Assembly: GCA_964019335.1 (NCBI GenBank)
Contig: OZ025754.1
Location: forward strand, 1-64,000
Length of the DNA: 64,000 bases
Direction: 5' to 3'
Origin: Diplonema japonicum
Taxonomy: Eukaryota > Protista > Euglenozoa: Diplonemea
The notes under the pieces were generated by a model. That model was not told where the DNA came from and ran no database searches. It saw only the letters and a list, made by a program, of their open reading frames with translations. This document shows, in pieces, positions 20,026 through 30,803 of this stretch (positions within the stretch are counted from its first letter, which is position 1; the number at the start of each line of letters is the position of its first letter). A program made the position numbers and the translations under genes.

Positions 20026-23025
20026 TCAATCCCACGAATAGGCACCTCCCGAGGCGGGGGGTTCTTCACCACCTTGGTCAGGTACACTTGGGGTGCTCAG
20101 ATTCTGTGAAGATTCTGCTGAGGGCCGGCGCATGAGTTGCTTAGCGTCCTTGACACCCGGATCTGAAGGGCTTAGAAGAATAAGGTTGGCAGTAGTACTG
20201 GACATTGAAGGAGACAGAGAAGTTCGTCGTCTCCTAGCACGCTGAGAGTGAGAAGGATAGTGACTATGCTGCGAGGAACGGTTTTGATGTTCCGTCTCCA
20301 CGGCCGCTGCGATGTCTTGAGTTGTTGTCACCAGCTCGTGCTGGGTATCGGCCACTGCCCCGACGGCTGTGGCGGACTCTGTGACAGTGACAACAGCTTG
20401 TTTCACACGAGCGCCCATCTTGTCGACGGACTTGGCTGTCATGGTACTTTGCGCGGTAATGCTATTTATGGCGATGCCTTGATCCTCAACTATCATGTGG
20501 AGCTTGTTCACAACAGAGTTCGACACTTCAAGTTTTCTATGGAACTCCTCCATCTTCCCCATCATCCGTTCAATGCTTCGCTCCCCTATCCGCAATGCCA
20601 TCTGATCACCTAGTGTCTGCGACATGGCGTCTTGGAACACCGACGCCATCTCGTACTCGTTCAGCACCTCCTCGCCGTTGTTCTTCGCCCACCGCATTAT
20701 CTTTTGCAGGACATCCTCCGTCAGAAAAATCTTGTCCCATTCCATCTTCGAGCCTTTCTTGCCCTTCTTGACCTTCTTTCCCTTCCACTTCATCTCGTAG
20801 TACTCTTTGATCGCCATCATGGAATTCACCCTCCGTTGGATGTACCGCGACCCCCAACCTTTTGAAAAAGTGATTTGTTTCTCATGCGCGCCTTTGGTGT
20901 TTCTGCAGCACCCGTACAGTCTGCTGGGTTTCTTCTCGTCCGGGTTCCCAGTCTCGCGGATTTGCGGGCAGCAAAGAAGGTACTTAAACACGTAGTTCTT
21001 GATGTCCGTGGCGATAGACCGGTTGCTGGACTGCTTTGCTTGCATGTTCTCCTGCACGACACTGAACGCACCTGCGATGACAGCCAGGATCATGTTGAGG
21101 AGGACCAACCAGCAAATAACAAACCATGACAACATAAAGGACGCCACAATAACAGGGTGGGCCACCTTCACCATGTCGTTCCATAGGGACATCTCACCGG
21201 TGAAGATGACACGCACTAGGTATGAAGTCGTAGCGAAGAAAGTCTGGAACTCATCGAACTCGTGAGCAAAGAGCAGCGTGCCTGCGATGGCGTAGCCTAT
21301 GATGACAATGCAGAAGATGAGCCCCATCCCGACAAGGTCACCGATGGCTTCCTTCACCGTCTCGCTGAGAGCGTTTAACCGCACGTTGTGCTGCAAGAAC
21401 TTAAACAGTCTCAAATAAGCCAGGATAATGCTCGGGGCGAACCAGCTTGCAGACAGATAGCTCTGCCCGCTGTACTTCGTCAACGCAGAGAACTGCACCC
21501 TCTCCTCACAGTACTCCGTGCAGTTCCCCAGGCCGCGAACGCCCTTTTCTACGTTATCGTGTTGGAACAGTTCGAAACCCTCCCTCCACATCTGCCCCCT
21601 TGCGTAGTACGTGATGAAGAATGTGATGACATTGGCTGCCTCGAAGATTTCCCACACACCAAGGATCCCTGCACCGGTGATCCATTCGATTTTCTTGAGT
21701 TCCATTTTTGACATAATAGTGTCGATTGTAAAGCCGATAACGCACAGACACGTCACCCAGTCCATGGCGAACAACATGGCGCCAAGAGGTGTCTCGAAGG
21801 ACCAGATGCTGAACGGCGTGCTCCGTCGGGAGTTGATCAAGGACCCGGTTACAAAAAACTCCATCTTCCCATTAAAATGCACGAACGTGTTAAGCTCCGG
21901 GTCGAAGAATATTGCATCGACGGACACCGCACGGGTCTGCCCATCGATCCAGTGGTCCTTCCGTAACCTCTTCAGCTTGGCGGCGACATCCTGATAAGTA
22001 GCAGTGTAAGAAAATAACTGAGCATAAGCATCACCCATGTCATAATTCCTATCTGTTGCTGTTGACGCCACCATCTCGGAGTCAAGCGGCGGCGGCCCAC
22101 CATTACGCTGCAGCTCCTTCTCGGATATGAACATTCCGTTTACCCCGAACGGCTTTGTGGTCACGTCATCCTCCTCATAATGAAGGACACAACCTCCCAA
22201 ACCATCTATGTTATACCTGTCGGAAGAAGGGAGAATCAGGAATTTCCGTTCAGACAAGTCGCATTCTTGCGGGTTGACCCGCCATTGTCGGACCACAAAC
22301 AGTGTTATAGGGAAGAAGGAGTACCACCCGTTGTTGGCGGATAGACCGCACACGATGTCAGGGTCGGTGTTGGCCACGACAGAGATGCCCTCGTAAAGAA
22401 TGCATGAAGCTGTTGAATTGTCGTAAGTCCATGCCACACAGTCCTTTGTGGAGTAGCATCTTGAGCAGCAGTCATCTTGTGTCACGCCTATGGGGATGGT
22501 GGCTAAGGAACGTGCTGATGATGATGGGTCGATGGTTTTTTCCGTGTGGAGTGTAAAGGCGGTGGAACACTGACCGGTAGTACCCTTGGGGGTGCGATGC
22601 CAGAGGTTTTTTGAAACACCGTCGAGCCAGTCCCATATCTCCTCTCGTTCTTTAATGGCCTCCATTTTTGTCGCGTCCATGGCGTCCTTGGAGGACTGGT
22701 TAAAGTAGTAGTCCGGGTTCAGTGTGAGGTGCGCGAGATTGACAAAAACAATCATCGATGTGAACACAACGAGGAACACGAAGTAGAAAGGCATGGTCTT
22801 GTAGTTCCTTGTCCGTTGGATGTCGCCCGCCAGAAACATCAGCACCTGCTTTGCGGAGATCTCTTTCGGAATCAGGCTTTCCAAATCCTCGCTGTCGACG
22901 GTGCTCTCCTCGTTCCTGGAGGGCTCGTCCTCGTCCTCGCTCTCCTCTTCTTCCTCCGCCTCTTCTTCGTTCTCCTTCAGCCGTTTCATCTCTATCAGAG
23001 AATCGTTCATTGTGTCCACTGTCAT
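20026..23025 (-). CDS. Polycystin-2/TRPP-like cation channel with PAN/Apple-like insert
   Basis: PFYFVFLVVF (TM1), VRQWRV, WIDGQTRAV, LRLFKFL, GYAIAGTLLF..EFDEF, LVLLNMILAVI, and a C-terminal coiled coil. Confidence 0.88.
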   Translation of the reverse strand: MTVDTMNDSLIEMKRLKENEEEAEEEEESEDEDEPSRNEESTVDSEDLESLIPKEISAKQVLMFLAGDIQRTRNYKTMPFYFVFLVVFTSMIVFVNLAHLTLNPDYYFNQSSKDAMDATKMEAIKEREEIWDWLDGVSKNLWHRTPKGTTGQCSTAFTLHTEKTIDPSSSARSLATIPIGVTQDDCCSRCYSTKDCVAWTYDNSTASCILYEGISVVANTDPDIVCGLSANNGWYSFFPITLFVVRQWRVNPQECDLSERKFLILPSSDRYNIDGLGGCVLHYEEDDVTTKPFGVNGMFISEKELQRNGGPPPLDSEMVASTATDRNYDMGDAYAQLFSYTATYQDVAAKLKRLRKDHWIDGQTRAVSVDAIFFDPELNTFVHFNGKMEFFVTGSLINSRRSTPFSIWSFETPLGAMLFAMDWVTCLCVIGFTIDTIMSKMELKKIEWITGAGILGVWEIFEAANVITFFITYYARGQMWREGFELFQHDNVEKGVRGLGNCTEYCEERVQFSALTKYSGQSYLSASWFAPSIILAYLRLFKFLQHNVRLNALSETVKEAIGDLVGMGLIFCIVIIGYAIAGTLLFAHEFDEFQTFFATTSYLVRVIFTGEMSLWNDMVKVAHPVIVASFMLSWFVICWLVLLNMILAVIAGAFSVVQENMQAKQSSNRSIATDIKNYVFKYLLCCPQIRETGNPDEKKPSRLYGCCRNTKGAHEKQITFSKGWGSRYIQRRVNSMMAIKEYYEMKWKGKKVKKGKKGSKMEWDKIFLTEDVLQKIMRWAKNNGEEVLNEYEMASVFQDAMSQTLGDQMALRIGERSIERMMGKMEEFHRKLEVSNSVVNKLHMIVEDQGIAINSITAQSTMTAKSVDKMGARVKQAVVTVTESATAVGAVADTQHELVTTTQDIAAAVETEHQNRSSQHSHYPSHSQRARRRRTSLSPSMSSTTANLILLSPSDPGVKDAKQLMRRPSAESSQNLSTPSVPDQGGEEPPASGGAYSWD

Positions 23026-23809
23026 TTGTTTGCCCCCCCCCCCCCCCAAAGGGCACTGTGGTGTGTGTTTTTTTTTTGAAGAGTTTGGACAGTAATTAAA
23101 CAAAACGTAGTTAGAAGAAAAATAAATAGGGTCGGAAAAAAAAGAAGAATGAAAAAAATGGAGGGGAGGGGGGAAATGGATGTTTAAGGGGGAAATCCCG
23201 CTTTAAGGGACCATCCCAAAATAAAGGGGAGGAGTGAGTCGGTCTTTTTCTTGTAGATGAAAAAAAAAAGAAGAAACATCACACAACAATTTGCCACCCT
23301 CGACTCTTTTAGAGGGAAGAAAAAAAAATAATAAGAGGGACGGAGAGAGAAATGGAAATGGAAGTGGGGGGGGGGGGGGGGGATAATAAGGGCAGCAAAA
23401 TAATAACTTTCCCGAAAGAAGAAAAAAAAAAGTAGCTCGTAGTGGCACCTTGCAGTGCCGTGTACAAGAGGTCCTTCTTGTGAGTTTGAGCAGTGCATGC
23501 GGGTTCACCCTCTTGTAGCACGTTCTGCAAACAACCTCATAGAGCCTCTCGGTGGCAATTGGCGGGGGGGGGGGGGGGGGAGGTTTATTATAAATAAAAG
23601 AGGTGGTGGTGGGGGGGGAAATAAAAATAAAAAAAAACAAAACCAACTCTGTAAAGATTCAGCTCCATTTTCTCTTTTTTTTTTTTTTCTCTTTTCTCTT
23701 TCTTTTTTTTCTTTGTTCAGACATCGAGATGCCTACCTTTTTTGAAAACGTTTTTATGAATAAAAAAAAAAAAAAAACTGGATATAAAATTGGCTCCGCG
23801 GTGTAAAAG

Positions 23810-23849
<40 letters not shown>

Positions 23850-23911
23850 CACTAATCTTTTTTTTTTAAGTGGCGCAGCGTTGCAAGAAGGGGTAGGGTA
23901 TTTCTTTTTTG

Positions 23912-24379
23912 TCAGCAGGACTCTAAAGATGCCATCCGCAATCTTGTAAGGTAGCCTCGGCCCGTCTGTTGAAGAGTCTTTGAAATGACCTCGGCATACT
24001 CTGCCTTCCATCTATCGTCCTTGGTACACATGGCAGCATAAGCCAACACGTTCCCAACCGAACCTACGGAAGCACGTGAGACAGAGCGGGAAGGGAAGGG
24101 CTCGGTGAGAGCCTTCCCGCTTGTGCTTATGCTGTAAAAAACGTTTTTGAAATCGTCTTCCCCATCTTCTTCCATGCCGTCTATCAGTTGTTGCGGGCAT
24201 GCTTCATTATCACTGTAGCCGCTCCTGTCGCTGAATGAGGGGCTGAACACCAAGACTTCTTCTTTTTGATACACTGGTACCTCAACCACCAAGCCGTCGC
24301 TCGTCCGGTGAACTGAAGCAAAGGCCGAGCCTCCTCCTTCTATCTCATTATCGTTATCGCCCAGCCGATACCCGCACAT
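23912..24379 (-). CDS. Hypothetical protein (probably one exon of a multi-exon gene)
   Basis: 155-codon high-complexity ORF on the coding strand, flanked by homopolymer introns. Confidence 0.45.
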   Translation of the reverse strand: MCGYRLGDNDNEIEGGGSAFASVHRTSDGLVVEVPVYQKEEVLVFSPSFSDRSGYSDNEACPQQLIDGMEEDGEDDFKNVFYSISTSGKALTEPFPSRSVSRASVGSVGNVLAYAAMCTKDDRWKAEYAEVISKTLQQTGRGYLTRLRMASLESC

Positions 24380-25052
24380 TGTCTTGCCCTGGAGGTTTTT
24401 TTTTTTTAGGAAGGAAAAAAAAAAAAAAGAGAGAGAGAAAAAAAAAAAAAAAAAGAGGAACTTGAGTCACCTTTAAGATGCCCGGAATCGGAAAAAAAAA
24501 AAAGAAAAAAAAAAAGGGTGGTGGGGTGGACAATTATATATATATTTTTTTCGTCCCAAGAGCGCCAAAAATGCAAGGCTCCAGGTAAAAAAAAAAAAAA
24601 AAAAAAAAAAGAGGGCCTTTTTTTTAAAGTTACTTTATAAAAAAAGATCGGGGTGGGGGGAGATGAAAAAGGTTTTCGAAAGAAAAAAGAGGGGTAAAAA
24701 CGGTTATTCAATCAATGTGTACCAAAAGAAATCTTTTTGTTCGCAATATTGTTTTTTTTGTTTTTCCCCCTTCTTTTGTTTCCAGTTGCAGATTTTCTTT
24801 ATTGACTTGGAGACTTTCTTACAACACAGCTGCGCCCCAAAGAAAAAGGGGGGAAATGGGGGCAGCTACGCCAAGAGCTCATTTCTTACGTGAAAGAAAA
24901 AAAAAGTGGGGGAAAAAAAAAATGAAACCACAGTAGATTATAAATCTGTTGTCAATATTTTGCTTTCATCTTGTGCCCAACATGCCAGCTCATTGCTGCC
25001 TTAACACTAACTTTTTTTCCTCTTTTTTTTCTCAAGAACCACTATCTGGTGC

Positions 25053-26183
25053 TCACTTCCCGAGCTTGTCGAGGGAGTCAGTGGTCTGCACAACGACCTT
25101 GGAGGAGGCATAGGCGGTGACGTCGATACCCGCCTTCGCGTCCTCCTCGATCTTCCCAGAGATCCAGTTGTAGGTCCTCTTCAGCCCCTCCTGCAGAGGG
25201 TACTCGGGGGCCCACCCAAGGACCTCCCTGATCTTTGTGTTCTCACTGTTCCTCCCCCTCACACCCTCGGGACCCGGGATGTGCTTGATGGCGGACTCCT
25301 TGCCTCTGAAGGACATCGCGAGCTCCGCAAGCCCGTTCATGCTGATCATGTGGTCAGTACCCAGGTTGATGGGGTCGTGGTAGTCGCTCTTGCACAGACG
25401 CCTGATGCCCTGTTTGGTGTGGTGTGTGGTGCTGGTGGGTGGTGCATACCTCCACGCAGTCGTCGATGTATGTGAAGGAACGGGTCTGCTTGCCGTCACC
25501 CCACATCTCGAAGGAGTCGGTGCAGGTGGCGGCCTTTCTGCAGAAGGCGGCGGGGGCCTTCTCTCTCCCGCCCTTCCAGGTCCCGTGGGGCCCGTACACG
25601 TTGTGGAATCGGGCGATGTACACCTTGGGGGGATTATTAAAAAAAAAAAAAAAAAAAAAGCATGAAATACCTGCATGCCGAAGTCCTGGCCGTAGTGCTT
25701 CACGAGCTCCTCAGTGGCGAGCTTCTCAAGCCCGTAGGCGTCCTGGGGCTGTGCGGGCCAGGCATCGGACTCCAAAAGGCCCGGGTTCTCAGGGTCCTCC
25801 TGCTTGGTCTCGTTGTAGACACAGGCAGAGGAGGCGAAGAAGTAAAGCTTCACGCCGTTGGCCCTGGCAGCCTCCGTCACGTTGAAGCTGATCATGACGT
25901 TGTTGTAGTACAGCACACTGTGGTTGGACTGGATGAAGCCCATCCCGCCCATGTCGGCGGCGAGGTTGTACACCTCCGTGCACCCCTTCGTCGCCTCCGT
26001 CGCAGCAGCCAGCGAGCGGAGATCAAGCAGCTTGAACTCGTGGCAGAACTCCTCCTCCTTCATGAACTCGTTCTTCTTCCAGTCGGCAACGATCACGTGT
26101 GCCCCCTCCTCCTTGAACTTCTTCGCCAGGTGGGACCCGATGAACCCACCACCACCGCAGACGCATACCACACGGTCGGACAT
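25053..26183 (-). CDS. GME: GDP-mannose 3,5-epimerase copy 1; exons 25053-25409, 25450-25623, 25671-26183 (347 aa)
   Basis: GGGGFIGSH, NLAADMGGMGFIQSNH, PQDAYGLEK, RFHNVYGPHGTWKGGREKAPAAFCRK, IPGPEGVRGRNS. Confidence 0.95.
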   Translation of the reverse strand: MSDRVVCVCGGGGFIGSHLAKKFKEEGAHVIVADWKKNEFMKEEEFCHEFKLLDLRSLAAATEATKGCTEVYNLAADMGGMGFIQSNHSVLYYNNVMISFNVTEAARANGVKLYFFASSACVYNETKQEDPENPGLLESDAWPAQPQDAYGLEKLATEELVKHYGQDFGMQVFHAFFFFFFLIIPPRCTSPDSTTCTGPTGPGRAGERRPPPPSAERPPPAPTPSRCGVTASRPVPSHTSTTAWRYAPPTSTTHHTKQGIRRLCKSDYHDPINLGTDHMISMNGLAELAMSFRGKESAIKHIPGPEGVRGRNSENTKIREVLGWAPEYPLQEGLKRTYNWISGKIEEDAKAGIDVTAYASSKVVVQTTDSLDKLGK

Positions 26184-26265
26184 GTTGCTTCAATGACCTT
26201 AATGAGCAATGATTAAGAGTGTTGTGATGAAAAGAAAAAAAAGGGGTTCTAATATCTATGTAAGT

Positions 26266-27873
26266 CTAAAAGCAGTGCCCTCCATGGGCGCATATCTTCA
26301 TTACAGCAGGTGCCAGCACCGCGGCTGCTGAGGCTACAAACACCGCATGCTGCGCATTACACCCTGTAGCGTGGGAAACAAGGCCGTTGGCCACAACAAA
26401 GGAGGCTAGTGTCACTGGGCCTGCGATGAAACCGATGGCAGTGGCGACGGCCACAGGGATGCAGACAGAGAGGAAGCTGTGCGCGACAACGCTGCAACGC
26501 GTGAAGGAGTCGCAGAGTGCATGATACGCCGGGGCGAAGAAGGCGCCAATGAGCACTCTTCTAAGGGGCGTGTTGGTGTGAAACTCATAAGGTACCGCCT
26601 GGGTGTACACGACCATACCCAAGCAGAGGCACGTCAGAAGGCCGTTTGCCGACTTCACCAGTTCATAGCTGTTTTTCCTCCCAACCCTCCAGCAGACCTC
26701 CAAAGGCATCGCTGCCATGTAGCCCAGCACAGTCAGGCTCACAGCATACTCCACCCCACCACGTCTTGCCATCCCGTTCCCGATAGCACCACTGCACACC
26801 AGCATAGCAGCCGTAAACAGCGGCTCTGCTAGAGGCAGTTTCTTCAGCAAAACAGTCCCCACGAGCTGCCCCACCGCACCCAACAAGTACGCCTGCAAGC
26901 ACCACGTGTCCTGTACGGAGTAGGCTGCCCAGCTTGACGCACTAGCCGCCAAGAGCAAGCTCAAGTAGTACCCAGCATCCCTGCCCCAGTTCAACGCCAC
27001 TGTAGCCAGTGCTGCACACAGCAAAGAGATCGAAGAGGCAATCAAAGGGAAGGCTGCCCCTGCAGGACCATAGGGGGCAGTGCCGAGGTACACAGCTGCA
27101 AGCACAGGAAGAATGAAGAAGAGAAGCGGGGTCATAGGGTGCCCTGGAGTGGGCCCCGTAGGGAAGGCTGCTGTGACGTACTGGTGCACAAAGGCAATGC
27201 CAAAGCCAACGCTTTGTATCTGTGCGGTGCTTCTGAAGACGAGGAGGCCGAGGTAAGCAGCCATCAGGGGGAAAGCCACGAGGGAGAGCCCCACCCTGGG
27301 CCCAGTGGCGGGTGCCTTCGGGAACCATCTGAAGAGCAGCGGAACAAAGCCGACAGCCACGAAGAGAAAACAGAGGCCGCCGTGGTACCCTTTGTTGTTG
27401 AGGTCAGTGAAGCCAATCCCAGCAGAGAGGCTAAACGTGAGAGGGGCATAGTAAATACAGTGCTGCTTAGTGGTTTGAAGAGGTGCGTTGAAGAGGGGCG
27501 TGCTCTCCCTTTGTGTAGCCGACAGGAGGAAGGAGAGGAAGACTGGGCTGAGCGTGGCAAGGAGGGCGTATAAAGGAAGGTCAGCACACTTCTTTAGGCG
27601 ATTTGCAATGCTTGAGACGTCTTCGAAAAGAGAAAGGTCGTCCTGCACCTCCCGTAGGCTGTTCCTCTCGTATCCTGCACACCTCTCGGACAGAACTGCC
27701 CATTTGGGATCCGTTTTCATTTTTCCAGTATCAACACACCGCGTGCCCTCCTCTGCCGCGTCTAGCAGCACGTGCTCCAGGCCAGCAGCCAGCCCACCCC
27801 CGAAGGTACCTAGTATCGTCAGTACCAACGCACTCCACACCATCAACCCCCACACGGTCATGGGCTGGTTCAT
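26266..27873 (-). CDS. Hypothetical multi-pass membrane protein
   Basis: Long ORF with many hydrophobic segments; start taken at MNQPM. Confidence 0.7.
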   Translation of the reverse strand: MNQPMTVWGLMVWSALVLTILGTFGGGLAAGLEHVLLDAAEEGTRCVDTGKMKTDPKWAVLSERCAGYERNSLREVQDDLSLFEDVSSIANRLKKCADLPLYALLATLSPVFLSFLLSATQRESTPLFNAPLQTTKQHCIYYAPLTFSLSAGIGFTDLNNKGYHGGLCFLFVAVGFVPLLFRWFPKAPATGPRVGLSLVAFPLMAAYLGLLVFRSTAQIQSVGFGIAFVHQYVTAAFPTGPTPGHPMTPLLFFILPVLAAVYLGTAPYGPAGAAFPLIASSISLLCAALATVALNWGRDAGYYLSLLLAASASSWAAYSVQDTWCLQAYLLGAVGQLVGTVLLKKLPLAEPLFTAAMLVCSGAIGNGMARRGGVEYAVSLTVLGYMAAMPLEVCWRVGRKNSYELVKSANGLLTCLCLGMVVYTQAVPYEFHTNTPLRRVLIGAFFAPAYHALCDSFTRCSVVAHSFLSVCIPVAVATAIGFIAGPVTLASFVVANGLVSHATGCNAQHAVFVASAAAVLAPAVMKICAHGGHCF

Positions 27874-28391
27874 CTTCTCTTCACTCCTGAGTTGCTTGAT
27901 TAAATGACGAGGGGGAGAAGAACAAAAATAAAGGGAAAGAAACCTGCGTCTTTGGGGGGGGTAGCAAAAAAATAAAAATAAAAAAATAAGAGAGGTAGAA
28001 AAAAACCCTTGTAACCCACATGTTGCATTCCAAGTGACAGTCAAACAAGCGAAGGGGAGGGAAGGGAGGGGGGGAAGGGGTTGGGTGGCAAAGCAATAAA
28101 AAAAGGAGCAAAAAAAGGGGGGGGTGGCACGCAGGTAAGAAAAGGAAATAATATATAAAAAAAAAAAGGCGAGAAAAAAAGGATCCAGACTGTAAAGGAA
28201 ATTCATTGCCCGCAACAGGAGCAAGATTTAAGCAAAAAACCTCAAGGCTACCGAATTCCAGAGCCTACATCTGAATACTCCATTCTGCTTTAAGCTGGCA
28301 AACAAGAAGACTTCTACCTTACTGAGAAACCTTTCGAGCTCATTGCTGCCTTAACACTAATTTAATTTTCTCTTTTTTTTTCGCAAGGTGC

Positions 28392-29522
28392 TCACTTCCC
28401 GAGCTTGTCGAGGGAGTCAGTGGTCTGCACAACGACCTTGGAGGAGGCATAGGCGGTGACGTCGATACCCGCCTTCGCGTCCTCCTCGATCTTCCCAGAG
28501 ATCCAGTTGTAGGTCCTCTTCAGCCCCTCCTGCAGAGGGTACTCGGGGGCCCACCCAAGGACCTCCCTGATCTTTGTGTTCTCACTGTTCCTCCCCCTCA
28601 CACCCTCGGGACCCGGGATGTGCTTGATGGCGGACTCCTTGCCTCTGAAGGACATCGCGAGCTCCGCAAGCCCGTTCATGCTGATCATGTGGTCAGTACC
28701 CAGGTTGATGGGGTCGTGGTAGTCGCTCTTGCACAGACGCCTGATGCCCTGTTTGGTGTGGTGTGTGGTGCTGGTGGGTGGTGCATACCTCCACGCAGTC
28801 GTCGATGTATGTGAAGGAACGGGTCTGCTTGCCGTCACCCCACATCTCGAAGGAGTCGGTGCAGGTGGCGGCCTTTCTGCAGAAGGCGGCGGGGGCCTTC
28901 TCTCTCCCGCCCTTCCAGGTCCCGTGGGGCCCGTACACGTTGTGGAATCGGGCGATGTACACCTTGGGGGGATTATTAAAAAAAAAAAAAAAAAAAAAGC
29001 ATGAAATACCTGCATGCCGAAGTCCTGGCCGTAGTGCTTCACGAGCTCCTCAGTGGCGAGCTTCTCAAGCCCGTAGGCGTCCTGGGGCTGTGCGGGCCAG
29101 GCATCGGACTCCAAAAGGCCCGGGTTCTCAGGGTCCTCCTGCTTGGTCTCGTTGTAGACACAGGCAGAGGAGGCGAAGAAGTAAAGCTTCACGCCGTTGG
29201 CCCTGGCAGCCTCCGTCACGTTGAAGCTGATCATGACGTTGTTGTAGTACAGCACACTGTGGTTGGACTGGATGAAGCCCATCCCGCCCATGTCGGCGGC
29301 GAGGTTGTACACCTCCGTGCACCCCTTCGTCGCCTCCGTCGCAGCAGCCAGCGAGCGGAGATCAAGCAGCTTGAACTCGTGGCAGAACTCCTCCTCCTTC
29401 ATGAACTCGTTCTTCTTCCAGTCGGCAACGATCACGTGTGCCCCCTCCTCCTTGAACTTCTTCGCCAGGTGGGACCCGATGAACCCACCACCACCGCAGA
29501 CGCATACCACACGGTCGGACAT
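28392..29522 (-). CDS. GME: GDP-mannose 3,5-epimerase copy 2; exons 28392-28748, 28789-28962, 29010-29522
   Basis: Apparently identical to copy 1 (offset 3339 bp), including both introns. Confidence 0.95.
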   Translation of the reverse strand: MSDRVVCVCGGGGFIGSHLAKKFKEEGAHVIVADWKKNEFMKEEEFCHEFKLLDLRSLAAATEATKGCTEVYNLAADMGGMGFIQSNHSVLYYNNVMISFNVTEAARANGVKLYFFASSACVYNETKQEDPENPGLLESDAWPAQPQDAYGLEKLATEELVKHYGQDFGMQVFHAFFFFFFLIIPPRCTSPDSTTCTGPTGPGRAGERRPPPPSAERPPPAPTPSRCGVTASRPVPSHTSTTAWRYAPPTSTTHHTKQGIRRLCKSDYHDPINLGTDHMISMNGLAELAMSFRGKESAIKHIPGPEGVRGRNSENTKIREVLGWAPEYPLQEGLKRTYNWISGKIEEDAKAGIDVTAYASSKVVVQTTDSLDKLGK

Positions 29523-29985
29523 GTTCGTTGCCTTAGCCTTCTGTGAGAATAGAATGGGGAGGAGGGGGGAGGGAAGGAGGGCTCACTGAGCAAGAAAAAA
29601 AAAAAAAAAGGAAAGACAATGTGGCACATTTTTTTCAAAAATAGGAAGAAGAAGAAAAGAACACACCCTTCCGGTTCGGAAGCTCTAGCTTCTTCTTCCC
29701 CCCCCCCCCCTTTTTTTCACTTTTATTTTTTTTTGTTCTCTCATTTTTTTTTTTGCCTTCCTTTTCATTAGTTAGTAAAACACCCAACGTCTTGTTTCTT
29801 TCTTTTCTCTCTCTCTCTCTCTCTCTCTTTTGTAGGCTTCTAAAATATTATCCCCGCTTCTTTTTTTTTTTTTTTTTTTTTGGATGTCCATTTTGTACAA
29901 GGAAAAGGGAATAAAAAAAAAAAAAGCTCCAACAAAAAAAAAAAAATAATGGGGCGGGGGGATTGGAATTTCTTTTCCTACCTAA

Positions 29986-30379
29986 CTACTGCGAAGTGAG
30001 GGTTTTCTTGACGCGATCGACGTTCTCAAGGATGACAACCTGTCAGTTTTTTTTTTTTTTTTTTTCTTTTTTTTTCCCTAAACACCTGAACAGCAGGAAG
30101 GTGCTCTTTAACACGGGAGTAAACCTCCTCGAGCATCTGGTCTTGGAAGGCCATCAAAACCACGAAGAGAAGCTCCACAATGGTAAATATGAACAAATAG
30201 GAAAGGATGCTACCAAACAGCACACGGAAGAAGAAGAACAAGGACGCAACTGTCCAGTACTTCAGCCACCGGTCTTTGGCACCCTTCTCACCGTTCTCTA
30301 TACACTGCAGAGTCATAAAGGCTGGGTACGCAAAGCCAGCGCCGAGCGTGGCAAGGTTCATGACCATAGTGACCGACAT
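29986..30379 (-). CDS. TB2/DP1/HVA22 (REEP/Yop1) family protein, one intron
   Basis: GFAYPAFMTLQCIE...RWLKYWTV; last exon VVILENVDRVKKTLTSQ*. Confidence 0.8.
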
Positions 30380-30392
30380 GGCTCTGTGATAT

Positions 30393-30426
<34 letters not shown>

Positions 30427-30471
30427 CTTAACACTTCGACATCAACAATAAAAAAAAAAAAAAATATTATT

Positions 30472-30705
30472 TCAAAGCTTAAACTTCTTGGGGTCGCCAT
30501 AAGAGGAGTACATTTTCTTCACGGGTGCAGCGCTCCTCTTCGAACAAAGCTTGCTTTTGCAACTCATGATGTCCATGTGATGTGTTAACCCCAGATTCTC
30601 CGTCGGGCACTGTGTCATTTGGTAGCATGTCCTCCCATCGTTAGACAGAAGAGACACATTCTGCGTGGGCCAGCTAGACCCGAATAAACCACTGAAGAGT
30701 CCCAT
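30472..30705 (-). CDS. Small hypothetical protein (77 aa, possible MGxxxS myristoylation start)
   Basis: High-complexity ORF directly after a polypyrimidine-rich upstream tract. Confidence 0.45.
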   Translation of the reverse strand: MGLFSGLFGSSWPTQNVSLLSNDGRTCYQMTQCPTENLGLTHHMDIMSCKSKLCSKRSAAPVKKMYSSYGDPKKFKL

Positions 30706-30803
30706 TGTAGGAAAAAAAAAAAAAAAATACCGTGTAATCTATCAGAGGATGTATTGAGTGGAAAAGGGAAAAAAATGAATGAAAAGAAAAAGGAAAAAAA
30801 AAT

